A DNA stretch of 64,000 nucleotides from Oopsacas minuta. Its lineage: Eukaryota > Animalia > Porifera. The DNA lies in contig JAKMXF010000111.1 of assembly GCA_024704765.1 (NCBI GenBank), positions 698,619 to 762,618 of the forward strand, read 5' to 3'. Shown here one piece after another: positions 46,557 through 57,195 of the stretch; within the stretch, counting starts at the first letter, position 1; every line of letters starts with the position of its first letter. A program made the translations under genes and the position numbers. Below the pieces are notes generated by a model, which searched no databases, was not told the DNA's origin, and was given only the letters and a program-made list of their open reading frames with translations.

Positions 46557-47021
46557 ATGGTTGTAGCAGGAGTACCAATGGGTAAGTTATTCTACTTGGT
46601 TATCAAACAAATATCTCGTCCTATCTCCAGGAGGATGCGGGTATTCGCGTTACAGAGTCAGTTCTTCAAGAAGTACATTTGTATGCCACCTGCTAATGTG
46701 TATAATTGGATAGTAACTAATGTTCGTATTAAGACTATGGGCAGTGAGGGAAAAGTTAAAGTCGTAAAGCTTACAGAAGAGAAAGCAATTGAGTTAGGAG
46801 CAGAGTTAATCGGAGAATTGACTATATTCACAATTTCTGCTCTACTTATTGCTGCAGAGTATTCTAGACAGAGTATGAAATCTCAGGCGAAGGAAGAAGC
46901 TCAAAATGAGAAGATTTCATCACTTAGATCTGAATTAGATACACTCAAATCACAAATTATATCACAAGAGAAGAAATTAGAAAAAATTCAACAACAAAAG
47001 GCAGAGAAATTATCCAAATAA
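46557..47021 (+). CDS. OPA3: Optic atrophy 3 protein
   Basis: MVVAGVPMGKLFYL.IKQISRP, LTEEKAIELGAELIGE, EYSRQ. Confidence 0.92.
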   Translation: MVVAGVPMGKLFYLVIKQISRPISRRMRVFALQSQFFKKYICMPPANVYNWIVTNVRIKTMGSEGKVKVVKLTEEKAIELGAELIGELTIFTISALLIAAEYSRQSMKSQAKEEAQNEKISSLRSELDTLKSQIISQEKKLEKIQQQKAEKLSK

Positions 47022-47304
47022 TCAACAGGTTAGTAGTATAGTATAGTAAATCTTAAAATTGCATTTGTATTATAATAGTATTGTGATAAATATGATTAAT
47101 CTGACAACATGGTGACGTCACGTTATAGAGCAAGGCCGCATGGACTGAGGGGAAGATATATGAAAATTCTCATCGAATAATAGATTATTAATGTAAATTA
47201 ATAAAATTGTATAGATAATATTAAGAGCATATTCGTCCATTGTATAATTGCATTTGTCTACGGAATTAAGATATTGATTATTAAACTAACTGATAAGTCT
47301 GTGA

Positions 47305-48738
47305 TTATTGTAGCATTGCAGCCGGACACTCCATGAATCTTTTGAATTCTTTCAGCCATTTAGCTCCTACAGCACCGTCCACTACCCTGTGATCACAGCT
47401 CATTTGTACATTCATTACTTTAGCGGTCTTATAACAGCCCTCTTCATCTGGTACCACTATCTCCTGGGTAGATCCTACTGCTAGTATGCATGACTGGGGT
47501 GGATTGATAATAGCAGAGAAGCTAGACACACCATACATACCTAGGTTAGATATTGTGAATGTTCCACCTTGAAATTCTTGAGGCTGTAAATTCCCTAGTC
47601 GTGCCTTCTCAGCTAGTTCTGCTACATCGCGGTTAATTTCTCTGAGTCCTTTCTTATCAGCTGTGAATACAATAGGTGTCAATAACCCTCCATCAGTAGC
47701 TACTGCCACACAAATATCAACATTATGATGCTGACGTATATAGTACTGATCATGAAATGATGAATTACATTCTGGTACTATTCTTAATGCAGTAGCTGCA
47801 GCTTTTATAACAAAATCATTAAGAGATAGTTTGGGTAGATCTGGACTGATATTGTTAAAATCCTGTCTTAGCTGTATAGCTGTATCCATACTAACTGCTA
47901 TTTGTAGGTAATAGTGAGGAATATTCTGTTTGGATTCTAATAGCCTCTTAGCTATTGTTCTTCTCATGCCAGACATTTCTATATCTGTGTATGTAGGAAG
48001 AGGAGCTTCAGTCTTAGGTCCAGTGTATACAGGGGTTTTGATAGGTTGTGTGATGTCATTGGCTATGACCCTACCTCCTGGTCCTGTCCCCTTGAGGGAT
48101 CTAAGATCTACTCCTCTCTCTGCAGCTAGCTTCCTCGCATAAGGACTCACCTTCAATCTATCATCTGTTTCTATACTCCTAATATCTGTAGTCTTATCCT
48201 GTGTGGGTTGTTTAGTCGGAGGAACAATGGATCCTAAATCTGGTGAGACAGGTACTGGTGTTTCCTCAGGTTCCGCTACATAGTTCGAAAACGATCCCAC
48301 ATCCTCCTCATCCTCCACCATGATACAAATATGAGTACCAAGTTTGATGTCTTTTGTACCCTCAGGTGCTATGATCTTAGCTAGATATCCTTCAGCTATA
48401 TGATCAGGACATGAGAACTCCATTACAGCTTTATCAGTCTCAATCTCAGCCAGTACATCTCCTTCATTGAGTTTGTCTCCTTCCTTAAGTTTCCAACCCT
48501 TGATAGATCCTACCTCCATGGTAGGAGATAGGGCAGGTAAAGTTATTTTGATGTGAGAGGGGAGATCGCTTAGCCATCTTACTCCAATAGATCGAGGTAA
48601 TCTTGGAGTAAGCATTGTTACTTGTGAGTATACTGTATTCCTTCCTGTTAACCTTCTGAGTTTATGTAACTGCCTGTAAGGTAGATAGGAGCTTCTAGCG
48701 AATAACCTCAAACATCTCAAGGTATTACTCCCCAGCAT
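47305..48738 (-). CDS. DLAT: Pyruvate dehydrogenase E2 (one lipoyl domain), intronless
   Basis: LPALSPTMEVG, AEIETDKA, VSPYARKLA, GTFTISNLGMYG, MSCDHRVVDGAVGA. Confidence 0.95.
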   Translation of the reverse strand: MLGSNTLRCLRLFARSSYLPYRQLHKLRRLTGRNTVYSQVTMLTPRLPRSIGVRWLSDLPSHIKITLPALSPTMEVGSIKGWKLKEGDKLNEGDVLAEIETDKAVMEFSCPDHIAEGYLAKIIAPEGTKDIKLGTHICIMVEDEEDVGSFSNYVAEPEETPVPVSPDLGSIVPPTKQPTQDKTTDIRSIETDDRLKVSPYARKLAAERGVDLRSLKGTGPGGRVIANDITQPIKTPVYTGPKTEAPLPTYTDIEMSGMRRTIAKRLLESKQNIPHYYLQIAVSMDTAIQLRQDFNNISPDLPKLSLNDFVIKAAATALRIVPECNSSFHDQYYIRQHHNVDICVAVATDGGLLTPIVFTADKKGLREINRDVAELAEKARLGNLQPQEFQGGTFTISNLGMYGVSSFSAIINPPQSCILAVGSTQEIVVPDEEGCYKTAKVMNVQMSCDHRVVDGAVGAKWLKEFKRFMECPAAMLQ

Positions 48739-48784
48739 TTATCAATAGCTAATCCATTAAACCCGAATTTATTAAATATAATCA

Positions 48785-51429
48785 TTAGGTTTCCATAATT
48801 ATATATGTGTTCCAATGCCCAGCTATCACATCAATGATCCTATATTTCTCATTAACCTCTACAGCTGGGAGATGGAGAGGTTTAGGTTGAGACTGACTAA
48901 TCAAATTTCCATGTCCCAACTGTCCATACTCTCCCCAGCCCCAGGTATATAAACTACCATCTCTAGTAAGAGCACATGAGTGTCTGGAGCCACACGATAC
49001 CTTCTTAAACTCTATCTGTTCGTCTCTCCCCTGCAGAGGTAGGAGAGTAGGAAAAGAGATAACCTGAAATAGTACCGAATAAATACATAATTAATAATTA
49101 GATAATATTGAAGGTTAGAATGGCAGAGCGTCTCTTTCACACTGATTACCCGATCTACTCACTCTGCCAGGTAGAACCTGGGAAGTTTGTAATCGGAGGT
49201 GGGGGAGGTGCGTCTAACTGTGGTATACCAAATGTAGTGGAATTATACTCTATCTCTGTGAGAGGGGGAGAGAAGAGAGACACTAAGAACCAGGGGAGGT
49301 ACTCTGCCAGTCTACTATGCCGTAAAGAGCTGGATAAAGAAGCCATGTGGCATCTAGAGCGACACAGTACTGATAGCAAATTATTAACTGGTAGTCTGAA
49401 TTCCAAATGTGTTCTCATGTTCCTAGGAAATCTGCCTACTACTGAGATTAGTGAGGATGGAGTACCTGCATCACTCCCAGTTATAGAATACAAAGGAGAA
49501 GTAGGTACAGGTTGTGGAGAGGATCTGAGACAGAAACAAGCAAGGTTCAGCCCCAAGGGAGATTTATTAGCGACAGTTTCAACTGAGAATGTAGTCCGCT
49601 TATGGACCCTACCTCAATTAGAACCTTGTGGGTTACTACAAGGACATACCAGCGAAATAACTGACATAGCATTTCACCCTGATGGTAGCAAGCTAGTCAG
49701 TATAGCAGAAGATAATATTATTAGAATATGGTTAATAGACACGTTTAGTGAGCTATTCAAGGTTGAGTGGCCAGTAGAGGGATGCAAACCTGGAATTAAG
49801 GAGAACTGTAGGAACTGTAGAGTAATTACTTACCTCGATAAGAAGGCTAAACTGACTAGAAGCATATTAATAACTACTCATAACAGAGCAGGTATTAGAC
49901 AGAGAGGGTCTACTATAGTTCAGTGGGACTTAGAATTGGGTAGCGTATTGAGGAGTATAAAGGCAGGAGTACATCCTCTATGTGCACTGGAGGTTTGTCA
50001 AGAAGCAGAGCTAATCGCTGTTGGGAATGTTGAAGGACAGATTCGTATCTACAACACTAGTTCTCTAAGATATCTACGGGGAATACAAGCACATTCTGTT
50101 TCTATTACAAGTATGCAGTTCTTGTCTTTATCTACAGACAACAAAAAACAGCCAGCTGAACTAATTCTTCTCACAACTTCTATTGATAGAACTTGCTGTG
50201 CTACAAGATGTAGATTCAGTGATTTGAAGAGATGGCTCTACTTTTTTCTACTTCCTCTCATTTTCTTGATTTTAGCGTACTTATTCCCTTATAACTTCAG
50301 ATATATATTTTAGGAGAAATTGAGCTATTCACTGTTTGAGATATTTTAGTAAATTATCGAATAATATAAAGTTTAACTCATACAAACATAAATACATTAA
50401 TTACATAGTTTTACCTGAATAAGAGATTCTAATCCAAGCTGACAAGATTCATTCCATCCCCATGAGTACACATCTCCACTTTCAGTTAAAGCTAAGTTAT
50501 GCCAGCCTCCAGAGGACAACTGAATAACCCTGAGGCCTCCTAAGGCTTCTAATTGGACAGGTTCCCTCCTCCCCTCAAGGTCCCCTAGTCCTAGTTCTCC
50601 TCTTGCACCTAGATAAATATTATATAGCCAAATAAGAAGGCACCAAATTACACAATTATAGATGTATAAACTAGTCAGAAATTATGAATTGTTATATTTT
50701 AAATGACAACACTATGAACAAGACGAGTATGACTCTGGTATTTATGACGAGATGCTTATACAGTGCTTAGCACTCCCTCCCAGTATAATCCCCCCTTCAT
50801 CTGATTTGCAGTTCGTAACGGATGAACTTACCATTGCCATACACATACACTGATGTATCAGCTGTGAGTATTACTGTGTGAGAATGTCCACATACCACCT
50901 GACTGACAGCTGTAACAATCTTCAAAGGAATATGTATAGAAGATATTGTAGTTCCTCGTAACTTGAGAATACTGTAGTATTTATTAGATTCTTGTACCAA
51001 CATACTTTCATGTGTTCTCCAAAAATCTTCAAATTTCTGACTACTTGTGTGCTTTGTAAAAACAGAAGAGAGATCTTTGCTCAGTACTAATATATTATCA
51101 ATTGTGAGTCCAACTAGAATATGGTCATGTGATACACATAGTTTCTTAATGCTGTAAGGGAGTTCAATAGTTTTATACTGGTGCTGACCTGAAGGCTCTA
51201 AACTTCCCTGTAACAACAAACTGGTATCTCTTACTAATACTGTATATCGCCATGTAGCGTATATTTGGTTAATTGAGTGTTTCGTAATGCATTCTTCTAA
51301 GGCAATTGGCTTACTAATCTTAGGCTTTCCATTAAGTTCAATCTGTCCAAAACCATTGTGTCCAGTTCCGTAAATTCTACAATCAAGTTTAAGAGTATTC
51401 GCTACCTCTGAACATCTAAATTCTGCCAT
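48785..51429 (-). CDS. RCCD1: RCC1 domain-containing protein 1, three exons (50832-51429, 50415-50608, 48785-49063); host of PREB
   Basis: VVCGHSHT...YGNG|ARGELG...SSGGWHNLALTESGDVYSWGWNESCQLG|...VSCGSRHS..LYTWGWGEYGQLGH...GHWNTY; GT-AG junctions in phase. Confidence 0.88.
49120..50313 (+). CDS. PREB: Prolactin regulatory element-binding protein / Sec12; nested antisense in RCCD1 intron 2
   Basis: YPIYSL...IGGGGGASNCGIPN K-loop, QKQARFSPKG, WD40 repeats, C-terminal transmembrane segment. Confidence 0.88.
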   Translation: MAERLFHTDYPIYSLCQVEPGKFVIGGGGGASNCGIPNVVELYSISVRGGEKRDTKNQGRYSASLLCRKELDKEAMWHLERHSTDSKLLTGSLNSKCVLMFLGNLPTTEISEDGVPASLPVIEYKGEVGTGCGEDLRQKQARFSPKGDLLATVSTENVVRLWTLPQLEPCGLLQGHTSEITDIAFHPDGSKLVSIAEDNIIRIWLIDTFSELFKVEWPVEGCKPGIKENCRNCRVITYLDKKAKLTRSILITTHNRAGIRQRGSTIVQWDLELGSVLRSIKAGVHPLCALEVCQEAELIAVGNVEGQIRIYNTSSLRYLRGIQAHSVSITSMQFLSLSTDNKKQPAELILLTTSIDRTCCATRCRFSDLKRWLYFFLLPLIFLILAYLFPYNFRYIF

Positions 51430-51750
51430 ACTAATTGTTAAAATAGATTTATTAAACCATAAGACCTCATAAGGCTTCTAAATGGTCAGGTTCCCTTCTC
51501 CCCTCAAGGCCTATTAGTTCTCCTTTTGTAAGGGAGATCATTGCAATGGACAGATCAAGTTACAACTTGTACAGTACGTATATATATAGTCACTATTACT
51601 CTGATAATTGTAATAATTGTAAAATTCATGGCAACCAATATTGTACAAGACGAGTACGACACAGATATTTATGACGAGTATCTTAAACAGTTCTTAGCAC
51701 TCCCTCCAGCTAGGATCATCCCTCCAGCTGATTTACAATTCACAGATGAT
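50524..51750. repeat. Degenerate ~300-bp direct repeat (50524-50830 versus ~51452-51750) flanking RCCD1 exon 1
   Basis: CCTAAGGCTTCTAATTGGACAGGTTCCCTCCTCCCCTCAAGG versus CATAAGGCTTCTAAATGGTCAGGTTCCCTTCTCCCCTCAAGG; ACAAGACGAGTATGAC...TTAGCACTCCCTCC versus ACAAGACGAGTACGAC...TTAGCACTCCCTCC, with matching spacing. Confidence 0.85.
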
Positions 51751-52287
51751 ATTACTCCTGAAATAAAAGGCATAGAACCTCGCTTCAGCTATGAAGCTAG
51801 AATTAAACCCTCAACTGACGAAGCAGAAAAAGAAAACAAAAGAAAAATTGAAAAAGAGATGGATTACAAAAGATTGCTCTGCTACGACTATCCTGACCCG
51901 AAAGATGATCCCCCAGAAGAATGGGAGACGCCCATCTATTGGATCAATAGTAGGATAGATACTCGCTTCCTACAGCAGGCTAGGTTCCCAAAGAGGCGAT
52001 ACGACCTTATAATTAAAGGCTACCTACCCCCTATTGAAGTCCCAAAGGTACAGTTTTACAATACACTACACAAACTCCTCAAGGATGAAGGTTTTGAGAA
52101 AGTATATGGTCGATTAGTGTACTATGGATTTACAGAAGTGGTCCATCTGTTCGATTGGGATATAGAAGTATGTGACTACCTTGTTGAAGACCTTTTTGGT
52201 AATGATGAGGATATGAACGACTGGGATACGTGGATGTCTACCGTGTTAGATATTCTCAAAAACTACAAACGTTGTGTATTATCATAA
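51628..52287 (+). CDS. Uncharacterised acidic protein (orphan)
   Basis: 219-aa ORF from the ATG at 51628; no family recognised; a decayed partial duplicate lies at 50703-50830. Confidence 0.6.
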   Translation: MATNIVQDEYDTDIYDEYLKQFLALPPARIIPPADLQFTDDITPEIKGIEPRFSYEARIKPSTDEAEKENKRKIEKEMDYKRLLCYDYPDPKDDPPEEWETPIYWINSRIDTRFLQQARFPKRRYDLIIKGYLPPIEVPKVQFYNTLHKLLKDEGFEKVYGRLVYYGFTEVVHLFDWDIEVCDYLVEDLFGNDEDMNDWDTWMSTVLDILKNYKRCVLS

Positions 52288-53388
52288 ATACGTAATTATA
52301 TACAATCAATCATAAGCCATTTATTATTGTGTTGAGCTAACTTTCTATGCGATGTGTCTGATCGTGTCTTAGAAATTATCATTTTTATACGTTATGCGGT
52401 GCGTCTATACAGGCGCATAAATTTTACCTAATATATCTCTAAGTGTACGAAAATTGGCCAGACCTTCTATATCGTAATACAATATGTATAGTGAAAAGAA
52501 CTAGAATGCTGATTAAGGCGTATGGCCCTGAGCTGGGGTTATCCAGGAATTCTGGGCCGGCACTCTACTGGAATGGCACATTTTCCGGCCGTAACATATT
52601 GATCCTGTACTAATTTGAATCTCACGTTCGGCACTCTGTGTCCTTCTTGGCTGCTGAATTCGCACTTTTAGGTACCCGCCAATCACCTAGAAACTCTGGC
52701 CCTGAGAACCTAGACGAAACCCTGGTTTACACATACACTGATGAATCAGATGTATTATAAATTACAGATTTATTCAAAATACGTAAATTCATATACGAAC
52801 AACAAAACCAGGTGTATATATTTACAATATTCAAATATGAATAATGATTAGTTATTTGTCAAATGTAGTTGAGTTATATTTGTAATTATATAACGGTAAA
52901 TAGCTTGTTTCTTTGCCTTGCAACTATTAACACACAGAATAATAGTTACAACTAAGTACGCTAATGTGAATACACAAGTACCGAGCACAACATCATAATT
53001 ACAAAACTACTCCATCCTATTTGCAATAAACTAGCTACAATACTCAAAGTTATTAATATTACTGCTGTCCCGATTGACAAACTATAATCCAATTTGGAGA
53101 TAACAAATGCAACTGAGTGTTCCATATTATGTATTTTCACAAATTACCTCTTATATACCTGAGCTGTGCTTACTGATATATTGCTCCAGGAATTTTAGAC
53201 GAGTTTAACAACCCAACCTACACACTAAAATTACTTGTAATCTATTTATAAGAAATTATATGTAAGAAAATAAGTAATTTTAAATTTGTACACGTAAATA
53301 TAATTATTTCTTATTCTTAGAAGATTACAGAAACTGATAACCTCGTTTTCGTTATTATCATGATTTAGCTGAATTGTAGAGTGATCTT

Positions 53389-54564
53389 ATGATGTCCCTA
53401 AATCCATTCAAATCTGACTTCATGAGTCGTCCTCAAGTCAAGCCAAGTCATTGCAAAAAGTACCTGGACATGGGTTCAGAAGATTACAGAATACCTACAT
53501 TCATCCTCAGCCATTCAGAAGGTGTTAAGAATGTAAAATTCTCTCCAGACGCCTCTCTACTTCTCTCCTGCTCAACAGATGGGAAGGTTTACCTATGGAA
53601 TGCTAGAGTAGGACAGCTCAATTATTGTCTCCTCACACACTTAGGAGCAGTCAGGAGCTGCGCATTCTCTCCTAAAGATGGTAGATTTGTAGCTTCGTGT
53701 GGAGATGACAGATGTATAAAACTGTGGGATGTGAAGAACTACTCAAAAGTTACTACTTTAAAAGGACACACTCAAGTGGTTTGGGATATAAACTTTTCTC
53801 CTGGAGGAACATTTATTGTATCATCATCTTCAGATAAAAGTGCTAAAGTCTGGGACACACGTGATTCCAAGTTTGTCATGTCCCTAGACGCACACACAGA
53901 ACCAGTCATCTACTCAAAGTTCTCTCCAGATGGTAGGTACATATGTACCTGTTCATGGGACAAGACCCTTAGGATATGGGACCTACAGACTCGGAAAACT
54001 CTCCACGTGCTCAAGGGTCATGATGACTGGATATCGCATTGCTCATTTTCTCCAAAAGGCAATGTGCTAGCTTCTAGTTCTCACGACTGTACGGTCCGTC
54101 TATGGAATTGTAAGGACGGGACTGAAATAGCTTTGTTACAGGATCATACTTCTGACGTCAACATGTGTCTATTCTCTCCTAACGGACAGCTGTTAGCATC
54201 AGCCTCCAGTGACAAAACAGTGCGTATATTCGAAATACAGGGGACAAGAACCGCAAAATCTACACTTGATGACAAGCACACACAGAGTCACGAGCTGAGA
54301 GGTCATCAAGAGTCTGTATCAGCTATTTCATTCTCTCAAGACGGAAACTTTCTCGTGTCTGCAAGTGACGATGGTACACTTAGAGTGTATGATGCTCATC
54401 AGATGCAATTATTCGAGATCTTAGGAGGACATAGTGACAGAGTGGTTGCATGTGACATCAGTCCACAGGGCCATCTAATCGCCTCAGCTTCTAAAGACGG
54501 TAATGTCCTGTTATGGGATATCTCCAGAGCTCAACACACATCCAGAACATGTAGTATATCCTAA
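53389..54564 (+). CDS. Multi-WD40 repeat protein (regular GH...WD repeats), orthology unresolved
   Basis: About eight canonical repeats, e.g. LKGHTQVVWDINFSPGGTFIVSSSSDKSAKVWD. Confidence 0.85.
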   Translation: MMSLNPFKSDFMSRPQVKPSHCKKYLDMGSEDYRIPTFILSHSEGVKNVKFSPDASLLLSCSTDGKVYLWNARVGQLNYCLLTHLGAVRSCAFSPKDGRFVASCGDDRCIKLWDVKNYSKVTTLKGHTQVVWDINFSPGGTFIVSSSSDKSAKVWDTRDSKFVMSLDAHTEPVIYSKFSPDGRYICTCSWDKTLRIWDLQTRKTLHVLKGHDDWISHCSFSPKGNVLASSSHDCTVRLWNCKDGTEIALLQDHTSDVNMCLFSPNGQLLASASSDKTVRIFEIQGTRTAKSTLDDKHTQSHELRGHQESVSAISFSQDGNFLVSASDDGTLRVYDAHQMQLFEILGGHSDRVVACDISPQGHLIASASKDGNVLLWDISRAQHTSRTCSIS

Positions 54565-54718
54565 CCAGCAAATCTATTACGCTAGATACAGCTCCACATA
54601 ACTCACTTACTTTATCTATTTTATATTTTATAATATTAAAATCATTTTATGACATTATTTACTGTAAAGTTATGTTTTCTATTCTTATCTCCTGTAAAAT
54701 TCATCCTGATATAGCTCA

Positions 54719-55471
54719 ATGAACCAATCCCTCGTATCTCAAAGTATCCCCTCATGTTCCGGTCTCCCCAGAGAAGTGCTCCGCTGGATGCATGCATTAG
54801 ATCTCAGCTCTTCTATAAAGAATCCTCGTAGAGACTTCTCTAACGGTTACCTTGTAGCAGAGATATTCTCCTGGTATTATCCTAATGAGATTGTACTACA
54901 CTCGTACAATAATGGAACTTCTCTACAGAGTAAGCTTGGTAACTGGTCTCAGCTGGAAAGATTCTTCCTCAAGAAGAAGATAGCTGTTCCCAAAGAACTA
55001 ATTGAAGGTACTGTCCACTCAAAACCTGGTGCAGCTAATGCACTGATTATTTGTGTATACAGTCTACTGACTAACCGTAGACTTAAGTATCTCCCTCCAT
55101 CCTCCCTCGCTTCTGACCTAACCGATAGGAAATATCAGAACTTATTACCAGCTTACGCTAGAAACACAGCTAGTCAAGCTGTTAAGACAAACCTTACAAG
55201 TACTGAGCTTACAATATCACCTGATCATCTGCACATACAGAATAAAGCTGAGACTATACTAGCTACTCATGCAGAGACAAGAAGACAACAGAAACAAGAA
55301 GACCCTATCAGATATGGTGTAGCTACTACTAGCGCTTCTAAGAGTAGAGTACCGCCTCTCCTACCTCCTACTTCTGATAAGAAGAATAAGACTGTAACAC
55401 AAATTGACATAGAAGGAGAAGTAATGGTGAAGCAGTTAGAGGTGATATCACATCAAGACGAGGATCATTAA
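54719..55471 (+). CDS. SPATA4: Spermatogenesis-associated protein 4 (CH-like domain, ciliary)
   Basis: LPREVLRW...LDLS..IKNPRRDFSNGYLVAEIFSWYYP, NGTSL..KLGNW.QLE.F. Confidence 0.88.
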   Translation: MNQSLVSQSIPSCSGLPREVLRWMHALDLSSSIKNPRRDFSNGYLVAEIFSWYYPNEIVLHSYNNGTSLQSKLGNWSQLERFFLKKKIAVPKELIEGTVHSKPGAANALIICVYSLLTNRRLKYLPPSSLASDLTDRKYQNLLPAYARNTASQAVKTNLTSTELTISPDHLHIQNKAETILATHAETRRQQKQEDPIRYGVATTSASKSRVPPLLPPTSDKKNKTVTQIDIEGEVMVKQLEVISHQDEDH

Positions 55472-56166
55472 CATGATAGTACATATAATTACGTATTTGA
55501 TAATTATCGCATACTACACATCACTTAATATATTGAAATTGCTAATTCTATGCAGTTTTAATAATAACGTCAAAAGACACATGGACTTACTCTCCACATA
55601 ATTTGCAACGATACATTAGATGCGTTCCTATAAATAAGTAATTTGCAATTACTAACTAACTTGAAAACATTAAACTATATGCATAATGCATAGACTTAGC
55701 TAGCTACATGTAAAAGGTCTGAAAATGTGATAAATCATATAAATAGAGATTTGAAAATATCAAATTTGGAATAGTCATACTCGCTTACCCCCAACTGGCC
55801 GCTGAAACGATTTCGGATTTCAGGTTTCTCATCTGTAAAAGTATTGTTGTCTTTATGAATTTTTAGTAAACAAATAGTTTTGAAATAACAGTAGAGACTT
55901 TCTCTTAACGCTCTTAACGGCTACAATGAGGTAACAAAGTCTTGGATCCGAATTTCGCATTTTTCTCATAAGTAATTTATTGTTGTTTTTATGAATCTAA
56001 AGTAAACAAACAAACAGTAGAAATAATAATTATTAATTATATTTTGCTATTTTATATTCGAGGCATGAAGTACCGAGTTCCATAAGAACGCAAAGTGTTC
56101 GAAAGCCGAATCGCCTCATATACTATAACCCTCCTATTATAATACGATATATAGAGAGTATATAGA

Positions 56167-56673
56167 ATGACTGAAGCAACCCTAACAAGCGGTCAGATCA
56201 AGTTAGAAAGTTCTGATGGAGAAACAGTGACAGTACCGCTAAATGTCATAAAACTATCAGCAACCATCAAGACAATGATAGAGGATCTAGGAATAGAGGA
56301 GGATAATGATGACGTAGTGCCTCTACCTAATGTAACTCATGTAATCTTGAATAAGGTAATATTCTGGTGTGACCATCATAAAGATGATATCCAGCCGTCA
56401 GAAGATGATGACAATAAGGAGAAGCGAGTGGATGATATTGATCCTTGGGACAAGGAATTTCTCAAAGTAGATCAAGGCACTCTATTCGAACTAATTCAGG
56501 CAGCTAACTATCTTGATATAAAGGGACTACTGGATGTAACATGTAAGACTGTAGCTAACATGATTCGTGGCAAAACTCCAGAAGAGATCAGAAAGACATT
56601 TAACATTAAGAACGACTTTACTCCAGAGGAAGAGGAACAGATAAGAAAGGAGAATGCTTGGTGCGAGGAATAG
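56167..56673 (+). CDS. SKP1: S-phase kinase-associated protein 1
   Basis: [62 protein letters not shown]. Confidence 0.97.
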   Translation: MTEATLTSGQIKLESSDGETVTVPLNVIKLSATIKTMIEDLGIEEDNDDVVPLPNVTHVILNKVIFWCDHHKDDIQPSEDDDNKEKRVDDIDPWDKEFLKVDQGTLFELIQAANYLDIKGLLDVTCKTVANMIRGKTPEEIRKTFNIKNDFTPEEEEQIRKENAWCEE

Positions 56674-57195
56674 ATCCTTATATTTAATGTTATAAGTGTT
56701 CAAACAACTTGATTTAGTGTGTGCTTTAATATTTACTCATGAACTAATCTTTAAGGCTCAACTTTAAACAACACATATATTATACAATAGGTCACTATAT
56801 AACCAACCTGTAAAATTATAGAATCTAACGTTTAGTTTTCCCAGAATTAATATCGATTTTGTGGAATTGGTTTGGGTGGCACAGTCATTAAATTCTGAAT
56901 ATTTCATTAAGAATATAATTGGTAACTTGAATAAGTGCAAATTTCTAGTCTATTCCATTGTACAGTATACAAGATATAGAAGATTCTAGAAGATTCTATA
57001 GAGAATTTCTAGAAGATTCTATATCTATAGTGAATACCTACAGCGCTATATATTATTAGCTAATGAACTATATTACTAAATCGGGAGGAGGATTTTCTAG
57101 AATTTTCTTCCTAACATTTTTTTGTATAAATAAAATTGGAATAACGGAAAAGGGAAATTCAATTAACGAAATAATATATCTACATTAATCTTACA

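Noticed and set aside
52380-52760. GC-richer patches downstream of the orphan gene (possible ncRNA or transposon remnant)
   Set aside because: No recognisable RNA consensus, ORF, TIR pair or second copy in the window.
55780-56015. Two ~30-nt similar segments (TTGTTGT.TTTATGAAT...AGTAAACAAA) upstream of SKP1
   Set aside because: Low-complexity AT-rich sequence; probably an old repeat fragment with no interpretable structure.
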